A stretch of 64,000 nucleotides of DNA from Elusimicrobiota bacterium (lineage in GTDB: Bacteria; Elusimicrobiota; Elusimicrobia; UBA1565): contig JACPXC010000062.1 of the NCBI GenBank assembly GCA_016196755.1, positions 45,043 through 109,042 of the forward strand, in the 5' to 3' direction. The notes under the pieces were generated by a model, which ran no database searches, was not told the DNA's origin, and saw only the letters and a list, made by a program, of their open reading frames with translations. A program made the translations under genes and the position numbers. Positions 16,254 to 26,897 of this stretch are shown here, in pieces; positions within the stretch are counted from its first letter, which is position 1; every line of letters begins with the position of its first letter.

Positions 16254-17046
16254 AGAAACGGATGCCGATGCCGGAGTCCATGCCGGCCTGGCGGTTGGTG
16301 TAGGTGGCGGCGAGGTGGAGGTAGACGTAGGCCTTGGGGCGCATCGAGACGCCGAGCGTACCGCGCGGGACCATCGTGGAGGCGGTCTCGCCCACCATCG
16401 TGGGGTCGAGCCTCGGGACGGCGCGGACCACGACGCGCGTGCGGTCCACGCCCAAGCCCAAGTACGGAGTGATGAGCTTGTACTGGACCGAGGTGACGAG
16501 GTTCAGTCCCATGTGGCTGGCCGAGAAGTCGCGGTGCGCCACGGAATGGCCGGCCCAGCAGAGCAGGAATTGGGGCGTCAGCGGCTTGTCGGTGGCCTTG
16601 CGGACCGAGTAGCGCAGGCCCCCGCCGGCGATGGTGATTCCTTGGAAGCTGACGCCGCGGATGAAGCCGTCGAGGCTGAAGGGAAGGCCGATCTCGGCCT
16701 GCAGCCAGGGTAGGCCGAAGGCCTTGACCCCGCGGCCGCGCAGGACTCGGTCGTCCTTGTCGGGGGACATCACCATACCGCCGCGCACGCCTATGTCGAA
16801 GCCGGAGAAGCCCAGCGAGCGGCCGCTATGAAAGGTAGCGGCCCCAAGGACGCCGCCCAAGTCGCGCGCGAAGGGCTTTAGGGCTCCGCGATCGACGAAT
16901 TCCTGGAAACCACCGTATTGGTCCTGAGAAAAAGCATTATTAGGATTGAATAAAATAGAAGCCAGGACCAGAAAAACCGCGAAAACGACCCTTCCTAGGA
17001 GGTTATCCACAGGCTTATCCCCATTGTCCACAATGGATGTTAACAT
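16252..17046 (-). CDS. Outer-membrane beta-barrel protein (hypothetical)
   Basis: Signal-like N-terminus, alternating amphipathic strands, C-terminal Phe (GIGIRF). Confidence 0.45.
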   Translation of the reverse strand: MLTSIVDNGDKPVDNLLGRVVFAVFLVLASILFNPNNAFSQDQYGGFQEFVDRGALKPFARDLGGVLGAATFHSGRSLGFSGFDIGVRGGMVMSPDKDDRVLRGRGVKAFGLPWLQAEIGLPFSLDGFIRGVSFQGITIAGGGLRYSVRKATDKPLTPQFLLCWAGHSVAHRDFSASHMGLNLVTSVQYKLITPYLGLGVDRTRVVVRAVPRLDPTMVGETASTMVPRGTLGVSMRPKAYVYLHLAATYTNRQAGMDSGIGIRF

Positions 17047-17801
17047 TTTGTGACTTGGCGCTCGTAAGCCAGCCTAAGGCCCTGCAAAGTCAGGTCCGGG
17101 ACGTGCTTCGCCCCCGGAAGGCGCTTGGCGAACAGCGGCGCCAGCCCTCCGGTCAAGATGACCCGCGCCTCCGGAGTACGCATCTCGCGCAGGCTCTCTT
17201 TCAGCACGCGCTCGATCATGCCGAGATAGCCCCAGTAGAGGCCGGCCTGGATGCATTCGACCGTGTCTTTTCCGATGACGCGCCGCGTCGGGACGATACG
17301 AACCTCGGGGAGCTTCGCGGTGTGCAGGGCCAAGGCTTTCGCGGCCAGCCTCGGGCCCGGCAGGATGGCGCCGCCCAGGTACTCGCCGCGCCGCGACAGA
17401 CAGTCGAAGGTCGTCGCGGTGCCGAAGTCGACGACGACGGCCGGCAGGCCGCAGAGCTCGCGCGCGGCCAGCGCATTGAGGACGCGGTCTGCGCCGACCT
17501 GGCTCGGCCGGCGCACCGCCAGCTTGAGCCCCAACGGCGTCCCCGGCCCCACCTCCAGCGGCTTCTGGCCCAAAAGGCGCCCCGCCGCGAGCAGGACCGG
17601 ACGCAGGGCCGGCACGACGGTGGCGAACACGAAGCCCGAGAGCCGGGGCCCCGCGCGGCGGCGCGCGAACGCCGCCACGGCGCGGGCTTGGAACGCCCCT
17701 CTGGGGGGATGCGTCTCGACGCGCCCAAGCGCGGCGAGACGCTCCCCCCGGAAGAGGCCCAGCGTCAGGTTCGTGTTGCCGGCGTCGACCGCTAGCAGCA
17801 C
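17040..17801 (-). CDS. coaX: Type III pantothenate kinase
   Basis: GTG start; motifs LLAVDAGNTN and VVVDFGTATTFD; ASKHA fold. Confidence 0.85.
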   Translation of the reverse strand: MLLAVDAGNTNLTLGLFRGERLAALGRVETHPPRGAFQARAVAAFARRRAGPRLSGFVFATVVPALRPVLLAAGRLLGQKPLEVGPGTPLGLKLAVRRPSQVGADRVLNALAARELCGLPAVVVDFGTATTFDCLSRRGEYLGGAILPGPRLAAKALALHTAKLPEVRIVPTRRVIGKDTVECIQAGLYWGYLGMIERVLKESLREMRTPEARVILTGGLAPLFAKRLPGAKHVPDLTLQGLRLAYERQVTKC

Positions 17802-17803
17802 GC

Positions 17804-18736
<933 letters not shown>

Positions 18737-18811
18737 GGTCCCTCCTGGAAAAACTCTGACGCCCCGCATTATGCCACAACTCGCCCCCGCGCGTCGCCTG
18801 CCGCCCGAGGA

Positions 18812-20170
18812 TCAAAGGCCGGTGCCCCGCAGGACGACCGGGACGGTCTTGAGGATGACCTTGAGGTCGAGCCACAGGCTCCACCCGTCGAGATAGGTAA
18901 GGTCCAGCCTCACCCAGTCGTTGAAGTCGGGGATCTCGTGGCGCCCGTTGACCTGCCACAGGCCGGTCAGTCCCGGGCGCATCGAGAGCCGGCGCCGGTG
19001 CCAGACCTCGTAGCGCTCGACCTCGGCCGGCAGAGGAGGGCGCGGCCCCACGAGGCTCATATCCCCGGTCAGGACGTTCCAGAGCTGGGGGAGCTCGTCG
19101 AGGGAGTACTTGCGCATCAGGCGCCCGACGCGGGTCATCCTCGGGTCATCCTTCATCTTGAAGACCGGCCCTTTCATGTCGTTTCGGAGCTCCAGGTCTT
19201 CCGGCGCCCCGCCGTCGGCCATCGAGCGGAACTTAAGCAGCGTGAAGGCCCGCCCGTGGAGCCCGACGCGCCGCTGGCGGAACAGCACGGGCCCCGGGCT
19301 CGTCAGAGCCACGGACGCGGCCAAGGCCGCCAAGAAGGGGGCCAGCGCGACGAACAAGAAGGCGGATAGGACGACGTCGATGAGGCGCTTGGCGAGGAGG
19401 GCGGCGCCCGAGCGCGGGGCGGCGGGCAGGACCAAGAGCGGGAGGTCGCCGAGATAATCCACCCGGGAGAAGGCCAGCTCCGGGCTCTCCATGTCGGGCA
19501 TCAGCCAGACCTCGACCCCTCGCGCCCGGCAGACCAGCATCGCATCCTCGACGGCCGCCGGGTCGCGCCGATGCCCGCCAAAGAGCGCGAAGTCCACGAC
19601 CGAGTCGTCGAGCGCGGCCTCGAGCGCGGCGAGCCCCCCCTCCCCCAGGCGCACGGCACCGGCCGACTCGAGCCCGGCCAGCCGGCCCTCTTGGATGCGG
19701 GCGGCAGCCCGGCCCAAGGCTCCGCCGTCGCCCACCAGCAGGACACGGCGCCGCTCGCGCCCGCGGCCGCCGAGCCGGTCCAGCGCGTCGAGGGCGGCGG
19801 CGAGCGCGGCTGAGGCGAGCGCGCCCCCGGCCAGGCCGCCGTAGACGAAGAGCCGGCTCAGGTGCGGCAGGCGTAGGGTATAGACGATGAAGCCGTAGCC
19901 GAGCGCGGCGCAAAGGCAGGCGAGTGCCAGCTCGCGGCCGAGACGCTCGCGCGCGAAGAGCGGCCCGGCCCCCTCGCCGCGGCGAGCCGAGAGCACCGCC
20001 GTCACGATGAGGATCAGGATGGCGATGGTCGGGACGTAGGCGGAGAACGGCTCCAGCGGCGGCTGGTGGCCGCGCATCAGGCGGTAGAGCGCGGCGTAGG
20101 AGGCGGCTAAGACCGCCCCGGTCGCGAGGATGCGCGCGCCGTCGAGGAGCCGATGGTCTTCCCTCAGCAT
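18812..20170 (-). CDS. Polyprenyl-phosphate hexose-1-phosphate transferase (WbaP/WcaJ/EpsB family), glycan-initiating enzyme
   Basis: C-terminal bacterial sugar-transferase domain (KFRSM...DELPQLWNVLTGDMSLVGPRP), N-terminal TM bundle and central Rossmann-like linker. Confidence 0.85.
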   Translation of the reverse strand: MLREDHRLLDGARILATGAVLAASYAALYRLMRGHQPPLEPFSAYVPTIAILILIVTAVLSARRGEGAGPLFARERLGRELALACLCAALGYGFIVYTLRLPHLSRLFVYGGLAGGALASAALAAALDALDRLGGRGRERRRVLLVGDGGALGRAAARIQEGRLAGLESAGAVRLGEGGLAALEAALDDSVVDFALFGGHRRDPAAVEDAMLVCRARGVEVWLMPDMESPELAFSRVDYLGDLPLLVLPAAPRSGAALLAKRLIDVVLSAFLFVALAPFLAALAASVALTSPGPVLFRQRRVGLHGRAFTLLKFRSMADGGAPEDLELRNDMKGPVFKMKDDPRMTRVGRLMRKYSLDELPQLWNVLTGDMSLVGPRPPLPAEVERYEVWHRRRLSMRPGLTGLWQVNGRHEIPDFNDWVRLDLTYLDGWSLWLDLKVILKTVPVVLRGTGL

Positions 20171-21279
20171 GGTCGGGCCGCTAGGCGGCCGTACAATTCA
20201 ACAAAAGAACGGGCCATCGCCTCCGCGGAAAACCTCTCGCGCGCGAGCGCGCGCCCCGCCTCCCCGAGCCGGCGGGACAGCGCCGGGTCCGCCAGCAGGC
20301 GGGCCAGGGCCGCGCGCAGGCCCGCGGGATCGCCCGGCTCGACGACGAGGCCGTTGACGCCGTCCCGGCAGACCGTCGTCGTGCCGGTGCCCAGGCGCGT
20401 CGCGACGACCGGCTTCCCGCAGTGCATCGCCTCGACCAAGCTGAGCCCGAAGGCCTCGGTCCGCTCGGTCGAAGGGAGGACGGCCGCGTCGGCGGCCAGC
20501 CAGTACGGGCCGAGAGGACGGTCGTGCGGTACGGCCTCGAAGAAGACCCGGCCCGCCAGGCCCGGGCGCGCCGCCGCGGCGCGGAGCTCGGCTTCGAGCG
20601 GCCCGCTGCCGACCACCAGCAAGCGCGCGTCGAGGCCGCGCATGGCCTCCAGCAGGCAGCCCAGCCCCTTGTAGTAGACCAGCCGCCCGACGAAGACGAT
20701 CAGCGGGCCCCCGAAGCGCGCGCGCAGCCTCCGCGCCGGCTCCTCGGCGCCTTCCAGGCCCAGGCTCCCCGCATCGACCCCCAGCTCGATGACGTGGATC
20801 TTGTCAACGAAGGCGCGCAGGGCCTCGGAGCCCTCGGCGTATTCGCGGCTGGTGGCGACGATCGCGTCCGCCCGCCGGAGGAACGCCGCTTGGAGCGGGG
20901 CGAACGCGCGGCCGAGGCGCTTCTGGCGCACGATGTCGTGGTGGTACCAGGCCACCAGCCGCCCGGCGGGGCGGGCGAGCAGGACGGCGAGCACCGCCAT
21001 CGGATTCTGGAGGGAGACCTGGACGACGTCGAAACCGCGCGCCGCCCGAAGGCGGGAGACGAGAGCCGGGACCAGCGGCGTGGACGCCGCCGTCAGCCAG
21101 GTGGGCAGGACATGCTCGGTGAACCTTCCTTCCGCGCGCGTGCGGCCTTCGCGGCTCGGAGAAGCGGCCAGGAGCTCCACGTCGTGCTCTTTGGCCAGCT
21201 CGCGGCAGAGTGTATAGACGGCCGTCTCCACGCCCCCCGGCTTGTCCTGGGTGTATTTGCCGACCTGGAGGATCCTCAT
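20164..21279 (-). CDS. Glycosyltransferase family 4 (GT-B)
   Basis: EAMHCGKPVVATRLGTGTTTVCRDGVNGLVVEP (EX7E region). Start trimmed to MRILQVGKYT. Confidence 0.8.
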   Translation of the reverse strand: MRILQVGKYTQDKPGGVETAVYTLCRELAKEHDVELLAASPSREGRTRAEGRFTEHVLPTWLTAASTPLVPALVSRLRAARGFDVVQVSLQNPMAVLAVLLARPAGRLVAWYHHDIVRQKRLGRAFAPLQAAFLRRADAIVATSREYAEGSEALRAFVDKIHVIELGVDAGSLGLEGAEEPARRLRARFGGPLIVFVGRLVYYKGLGCLLEAMRGLDARLLVVGSGPLEAELRAAAARPGLAGRVFFEAVPHDRPLGPYWLAADAAVLPSTERTEAFGLSLVEAMHCGKPVVATRLGTGTTTVCRDGVNGLVVEPGDPAGLRAALARLLADPALSRRLGEAGRALARERFSAEAMARSFVELYGRLAARPC

Positions 21280-21321
21280 CGGTGAGCGCGGCGCCCACGG
21301 GTATGATATCATCGATTCCGG

Positions 21322-22320
21322 TTGAGCCCCCGCGCCAGCGTCATCATCCTGAACTACGCCGGGGAGGCGCTGCTGCCCCCCTGCCTGGCGGCGCTGGAAG
21401 CCCAGACCTTCCCCGATTTCGAGCTGATCTTGGTCGACAACGCCTCGAGCGACCGTTCAGTCGAGGTCATCGAGAGCTTCACGCGGCGCTCCCCTCTGAG
21501 GGTCAAGACCGTCCTCCTCCGCGAGAACCTGGGGTGCTGCGGCAATCAGAAGGGCCTGGATCGAGCCGAGGGCGGGCTCATCGTGCTGCTCAATAACGAC
21601 ACGCGTCCCGACCCGCGCTGGCTGGAGGAGCTCGTCGAGGCGGCGGACGCCCACCCGGAGGTCGGGGCCTGCGCGTCGAAGATGCTCGTCGAGGGGACCT
21701 CCATCATCGACAGCGCGGGCGTGGGCTATTCCACCCTGCTCAAGGGCTTCAACCACGGCGAGGGCGAAGAGGGCGCCAAGCACGACGACCCGGTCCTGGT
21801 GTTCGGCGTCTGCACCGGGGCGGCCCTCTTTCGCAGGACCCTTCTCGCCGAGATGGGATTCCACGATGAGGACTTCTTCCTCATCCACGATGACACCGAC
21901 CTGAGCTTCAGGGCCCAGCTCGCCGGCTGGAAGGTGCTTTATGTCCCGACGGCCGTCGTCCACCATAAGGTCAGGGCTTCGATAGGGCGCATGAGCGACC
22001 TCGCCGTCTATCACACGCTGCGCAACAGCGAGTTCGTGCGGATCAAGAATCTCCCTGCTGCCCTGTTCCTTCGCTTCCTCCCCGAGTTCCTCGCGGGCAT
22101 GCTCCTGGAATTCCTTTACTTCGCCGTCAAGCACGGGCGGCTGCGGCTCTACCTCCGGGCGAAGCGCGACGCGTTAAAGGCGCTGCCGCGGATGCTCGAG
22201 AAGAGGCGCTGGATCTTGGCGCACCGCAAGATCGACGACGCCGCCATCCGCGCCGTCATGACGCCCATCTTCCAAGCATCCTTCGTCCGCGAGAAAGCCG
22301 CCAAGTTCTTTTTCCAATGA
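21322..22320 (+). CDS. Glycosyltransferase family 2
   Basis: VIILNYAG...LILVDNASSD...; DxD motif (DDTD) and GT-A fold motifs. TTG start. Confidence 0.8.
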   Translation: MSPRASVIILNYAGEALLPPCLAALEAQTFPDFELILVDNASSDRSVEVIESFTRRSPLRVKTVLLRENLGCCGNQKGLDRAEGGLIVLLNNDTRPDPRWLEELVEAADAHPEVGACASKMLVEGTSIIDSAGVGYSTLLKGFNHGEGEEGAKHDDPVLVFGVCTGAALFRRTLLAEMGFHDEDFFLIHDDTDLSFRAQLAGWKVLYVPTAVVHHKVRASIGRMSDLAVYHTLRNSEFVRIKNLPAALFLRFLPEFLAGMLLEFLYFAVKHGRLRLYLRAKRDALKALPRMLEKRRWILAHRKIDDAAIRAVMTPIFQASFVREKAAKFFFQ

Positions 22321-23315
22321 TAGGCTGGAAACCCCTAGCCCCCGACTTCTGGTACCGCCTCATCGGCAAGACGGACATAGCAAGCGCCCGCTACCGCTGC
22401 CTGCTGCCTCTAGCGGAATTGCGCAAGCGCGGATTCCCGGTGGAGCTCTTCAGGGAATCCAACCGAGGACGATACAAGACCGTGCTCTTTTCCAAGACCT
22501 ACGGACGAAAGGACATCGAACTGGCTCGCGCTCTACGCGAAAAGGGCCGGGGCGTCATCCTGGACATCTGCGACAATCATTTCTACAACCCGATGGACCT
22601 GCCGCGTTACCGCGGCTTCCGTGAAGACCTCCTCAGCATGATCGCCCTGACCAACCAGGTCTGCTGCTCCACCCCCACGCTGGCCAAATTCGTCGCCGCC
22701 GAGGCGGGGCTCGAAAGGCCGCCCGCCATCGTCGCCGATCCGGTGGATCCCGCGCTGCAATCGGCCTTCCCCGCCCCCCAGCCGAACCGGCCGCAGCTCC
22801 TATGGTTCGGGGCGCACGGCGCGCAGAACGCCCCATGCGGCATGGAAGACCTTCTGCGCATCGCGGAGCCGCTGGAGCGATTGAGCCGGCGCTGGGCATT
22901 CGAGCTGGTAGTGGTCAGCAACAGCCGCTGGAAATTCCGCAAGCTCATCTCAAGGCTGCCCTTCCCGACCGCGTATATCCCCTGGGAGCGGCAGGCTTTC
23001 CCCGGGATCCTCGCCCGCGCGCGGGCGGTCCTCATTCCCGTCGCCCCGAATCCCTTCACGCTGAGCAAGTCCAGCAATCGCCTTGCCGCGGCCCTGTTCT
23101 CGGGCATCCCCGTCGTGGCGGACGCCATCCCGAGCTATCTGGAATTCGCCGAATTCGCGTCGCTGGACGATTGGGAGCGCGGGCTCGACGCCGTCTTCCA
23201 GCAGCGGCCGCTGGCCTTGGCCAAGGCCGCAAGAGGCCGGGAATACCTGTCCCAGCGCTACCTGCCGTCCCACATCGCCGCTTCCTGGGAGAAGGTCCTC
23301 GCTCCGTGGACATGA
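22317..23315 (+). CDS. Hypothetical GT-B-like glycosyltransferase
   Basis: C-terminal SKSSNRLAAALFSGIPVVADAIPSYLEFAE resembles the GT4 nucleotide-sugar binding region. ATGA-type overlaps on both sides. Confidence 0.4.
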   Translation: MIGWKPLAPDFWYRLIGKTDIASARYRCLLPLAELRKRGFPVELFRESNRGRYKTVLFSKTYGRKDIELARALREKGRGVILDICDNHFYNPMDLPRYRGFREDLLSMIALTNQVCCSTPTLAKFVAAEAGLERPPAIVADPVDPALQSAFPAPQPNRPQLLWFGAHGAQNAPCGMEDLLRIAEPLERLSRRWAFELVVVSNSRWKFRKLISRLPFPTAYIPWERQAFPGILARARAVLIPVAPNPFTLSKSSNRLAAALFSGIPVVADAIPSYLEFAEFASLDDWERGLDAVFQQRPLALAKAARGREYLSQRYLPSHIAASWEKVLAPWT

Positions 23316-24190
23316 GGCCCCAGACCAAGCAGCTCATCTCCCAAGGCGTCCTTGTTTGCCCGTCCTCCAAGCAGAGACTGCAATTGGCGGACGATGGGCG
23401 CTCGTTACTGACGGCGGACCGGAAGAAGACCTATCCGGTCATCGACGGCGTGCCCGTGCTCACCGACAGCTATGATGAGTTCCGTCGTCAGTCCGGGGAC
23501 ATGCTGCGCACGGACGCCAGAAAGCGCTCTTCTGTCGAAGGCGGCGGCTTGATCGCCAGGCTGGAACGTTATGCGCGCCGAGGATATGAGGGCGAGGATT
23601 TCCATAAAGCCTACGAATCCGTATTCCCATCGAGCGACAGCGGCCGGACCTGGGTGAACATCGGCGGCGGACAGAAAAGGAAATCCCACCAGCTGAATCT
23701 GAACATCGTCATCTTCGGCAGCGTGGACGTGATCGGCGACGCCCAAAAACTCCCCTTCGGCGACGAGACCGTGGACGCGGTTTGCTGCGAGGCGCTCCTT
23801 GAGCATCTGCCTTGCCCCCAGGAGGCCGTCCTGGAGATGCGCCGAATCCTTAAACCCGGAGGCAAGGTCTTCGCCTCCACGCCTTTCATGCAGAATTACC
23901 ACGGCTATCCCGGCCATTACCAGAACTTCACTCACCAAGGACATCGCCTGCTCTTTGAAGCCGCCGGTTTCCGCGTCTTGGCCTGCGGTACGGGCGTCGG
24001 CCCTGTTTACACGATCCTGACTTTGAACGCCTTGTTCATCAAGGAGTTCTTCCCGCGCCCCCTCTCTTCTTGGCTGAGCCGGCTCTTCCGCTATGCGACG
24101 GCTCCTCTTCGGCGACTGGATCGCCGGTTGGCTTCGCATCCATCGTCATATCTGCTGGCGTCGACCACCTATCTGACCGCCGTCAAATGA
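23312..24190 (+). CDS. Class I SAM-dependent methyltransferase with N-terminal Trm112-like zinc-ribbon domain
   Basis: N-terminus VCPSSKQRLQL...YPVIDGVPVL (Trm112-like), then DAVCCEALLEHLP..ILKPGGKVF (Methyltransf_11). Track ORF trimmed to MRPQTK. Confidence 0.65.
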   Translation: MRPQTKQLISQGVLVCPSSKQRLQLADDGRSLLTADRKKTYPVIDGVPVLTDSYDEFRRQSGDMLRTDARKRSSVEGGGLIARLERYARRGYEGEDFHKAYESVFPSSDSGRTWVNIGGGQKRKSHQLNLNIVIFGSVDVIGDAQKLPFGDETVDAVCCEALLEHLPCPQEAVLEMRRILKPGGKVFASTPFMQNYHGYPGHYQNFTHQGHRLLFEAAGFRVLACGTGVGPVYTILTLNALFIKEFFPRPLSSWLSRLFRYATAPLRRLDRRLASHPSSYLLASTTYLTAVK

Positions 24191-24244
24191 CGGCGGTCAT
24201 GTCGGCCGTTTCCACTTCCTGATACATTATCCCCGCTGGTCAAG

Positions 24245-25393
24245 ATGCGCCTCAGGCCCCGATTCATATCGCGCTGGCACCGCTGGGCGAAAGTCTCCGG
24301 CCATTACCTCTTCGGGAACGGAGGAGCCCCGCTGCCGCTCAGCCACGTCAGTCTGGAGCTCACCTATCGGTGCAACCACCGCTGCAACATGTGCTTCCTC
24401 TACGGGGACCACCTCCGGCCCCAGAATCCCGTCCTCGATACGATAGGCCGCCGGCGGGAGCTTTCGGCGGCGGAGTGGAGTCTCGCGCTCGAGGGCATCC
24501 GGGAAACCGGGACCCGGAGCCTGGTATTCACCGGCGGGGAGGCCTTTCTCAAGGAGGGCCTGCTAGGTCTCTTAGGGCAAGCGAAGGTCCTGGGCTTCTC
24601 GGTCTCGCTCCTGAGCAACGGGTCGCGGATCACGGAGGACGCGGCCCGGGAGCTGGTCCGCATAGGAGTCGACTTCGTGCGATTCTCCTTAGACGGCGAC
24701 CGGGAGACACACGATGAGATCTGCGGGGCGCCGAACTACGACCTGCTGATGGCCTCGGTCCGGAGGATCGTGCGGGCCAAGGAGTCCTTGGCCGCCGCCC
24801 AGCCCCGCCTGGGCTTCGAGAACGTCGTCCAGCGGCGCAACCAGGGGAGGATATGCAGCGTCGTGGAGGCCGCGCACCGGGAGGGGGTCGGGCACGTCAC
24901 GGTCTCCAACGTCTACTTCGCTCCCCAGCCCGGCGCGGCGGCCCGCTCCGCCGGGATGCAGACGCGCCACGTCCAACGTGAGCTCTACGCGGTGGACGCC
25001 GGGGCGCTGGCGGAAGAATTGGCGCGCGCCAGGGCTCTCGCCCGCCGATACGGCATCGACCTGCGCAGCCGGCTGGGCGGATGCGCGGAGGTCCAGCGCC
25101 TCTATCACGACCCGGCCTTCTCGTACGCGGACAAGTGCCTCTATCCGTGGCTGATGTGCCGGATCAACCCTTATGGCGACGTGATCCCCTGCACGGGGTC
25201 GAGCCTGGCGATGGGGAACATCATGGAAGCGTCGCTGGCCGAGATATGGAACGGCGAGGCCTACCTGCGCTTCCGGCGCGAGCTTCGGGCCGCCGGCCTC
25301 TTCGGGGACTGTCTCAAGTGCAATACCCTCGCCTCGGAGGATGCCCGCCGCTGGCGGTGGCTCCCCCGCCTCCGGGGTGGGGTGCCGACATGA
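24245..25393 (+). CDS. Radical SAM enzyme with C-terminal SPASM/twitch domain
   Basis: CNHRCNMC (CxxxCxxC) near the N-terminus. C-terminal Cys cluster CLYPW..C...C...C..C. Confidence 0.8.
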   Translation: MRLRPRFISRWHRWAKVSGHYLFGNGGAPLPLSHVSLELTYRCNHRCNMCFLYGDHLRPQNPVLDTIGRRRELSAAEWSLALEGIRETGTRSLVFTGGEAFLKEGLLGLLGQAKVLGFSVSLLSNGSRITEDAARELVRIGVDFVRFSLDGDRETHDEICGAPNYDLLMASVRRIVRAKESLAAAQPRLGFENVVQRRNQGRICSVVEAAHREGVGHVTVSNVYFAPQPGAAARSAGMQTRHVQRELYAVDAGALAEELARARALARRYGIDLRSRLGGCAEVQRLYHDPAFSYADKCLYPWLMCRINPYGDVIPCTGSSLAMGNIMEASLAEIWNGEAYLRFRRELRAAGLFGDCLKCNTLASEDARRWRWLPRLRGGVPT

Positions 25394-26874
25394 GGGTCGG
25401 CTTGGTCACGCTGCAAGACGACCTTAACTGCTACGGGCTCCGCTGCCTCTCGTCGGCCCTGCGCGAGAAGGGCGTGGAGACCCGGGTCCTGATGCTCGAC
25501 CGCTGGGGCGCCGACGGCGCCGCGAAGGCGTACCGCGGCGGCATGGTCCCCTACGAGAGCCGGGCCGTCGACCAGGCCATCGCGGTCCTGGATGGATGCG
25601 ACCTGGTGGGCTTCTCCGTCATGACCCTCTATCACCGGGAGAGCGCGGCATGGAGCGGCCGGATCCGTCGCGCGCTGGGCGTCCCCATCGTCTGGGGCGG
25701 GATCCATCCCATCTGCAGGCCGGAGGAGTGCCTGGAGCACGCCGATATCATCTGCCGCGGCGAGGCGGAGGAGACGCTCCCCGAGATCGCGGCGCGGCTG
25801 GCCGGCGGGGACGGCCTCGAGGGGCTCCCCGGGGTCTGGTTCCGCAAGGGGTCCGAGATCGTCCAGAACCCGGTCCGGCAGCCGGCGCGCGAGCTCGACG
25901 GCTTCCCGTTCCCGGACATCTCCGTGGACGGCCACTACGCCTACCGGGACGGGAATATCCAGCCGCTGACGGCCCCGGAACTGCTGCGGCGATGGAAGCA
26001 CACCTACATGACCATCGACGCGCGCGGCTGCGCGCTGCGCTGCACCTATTGCTGCAACAGCCAACTGGCCCGCCATTTCGATTGGACGATCGTCCGCGCC
26101 AAGGGCGTGCCGCGGATCATCGCGGAGCTGCGCGCGGCCGTGCGCCGATACCCCGGCCTCGAGGCGATCAAACTCTCCGACGACGCCTTCGGCGACCTGC
26201 CCATCGGGTACATCCGCGATTTCGCCCAGGCCTACAAGCGCGAGGTCGGCTTGCCTCTGGACATCCCCGGCTTCAGCCCCTCGAACCTGACCCGCGAGAA
26301 GCTGGAACTGCTCGTCGACGCCGGCCTCATGCGCACGCGCATCGGGATACAGGCGGGGAGCCCGAGGATCCGCCGGCTCTACGGGCGCTCGGAGACCGAC
26401 GCCCAGATCCTCCAGGCCGTCGAGACGGTGCAAAGCTTCCGGCCGCGGATAAAGCACTTCAAGATCGACGTCATCACCGACAATCCCTGGGAGTCGGAGG
26501 AGGAGGTCGTGGAATCGATCCGTCTCCTCCTGCGCCTGCCAAGGCCGTATTCCCTGGCTTTGTTCTCGCTGACCCTCTATCCCGGGACGCCCTTGTATAC
26601 CAAGGCCGAGCGCGAGGGGTTGGTCGCCAGCGATGGGACCTTCGCCCCTTATCGCCTGCACTTCTACGGCATCGATCAAGGCAAGAGGCTCAACCGCATC
26701 CTCGACCTATTCAGGCGGCCGGACCTGGATCGCCCAGGGGTCGAGAGGCTCGTCGCCGTCTATCGGGATCCGGAGGCGTTCGAAAGGGAGTATGAGCGCT
26801 ACGTGAGGAGCCTGCCGTCACCGCCCTTATGGAGGAAGGTGGCGGGTTTTATACGCGCGAGGCTCGACGTCTAA
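25390..26874 (+). CDS. Cobalamin-binding radical SAM enzyme (B12-rSAM, class B methyltransferase-like)
   Basis: N-terminal B12-binding Rossmann-like domain (MRVGLVTLQDDLNCYGLRCLSSAL...) followed by CALRCTYCCNS radical-SAM cluster motif. ATGA overlap with the upstream radical-SAM gene. Confidence 0.75.
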   Translation: MRVGLVTLQDDLNCYGLRCLSSALREKGVETRVLMLDRWGADGAAKAYRGGMVPYESRAVDQAIAVLDGCDLVGFSVMTLYHRESAAWSGRIRRALGVPIVWGGIHPICRPEECLEHADIICRGEAEETLPEIAARLAGGDGLEGLPGVWFRKGSEIVQNPVRQPARELDGFPFPDISVDGHYAYRDGNIQPLTAPELLRRWKHTYMTIDARGCALRCTYCCNSQLARHFDWTIVRAKGVPRIIAELRAAVRRYPGLEAIKLSDDAFGDLPIGYIRDFAQAYKREVGLPLDIPGFSPSNLTREKLELLVDAGLMRTRIGIQAGSPRIRRLYGRSETDAQILQAVETVQSFRPRIKHFKIDVITDNPWESEEEVVESIRLLLRLPRPYSLALFSLTLYPGTPLYTKAEREGLVASDGTFAPYRLHFYGIDQGKRLNRILDLFRRPDLDRPGVERLVAVYRDPEAFEREYERYVRSLPSPPLWRKVAGFIRARLDV

Positions 26875-26897
26875 CGACGCTTCTCGGCGCTCCCAGC

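Noticed and set aside
24191-26897. RiPP precursor peptide associated with the SPASM radical-SAM enzyme
   Set aside because: Flanking intergenic spaces are 54 and 23 nt. No small leader-like ORF could be found on either strand, so a peptide-modifying role is not supported here.
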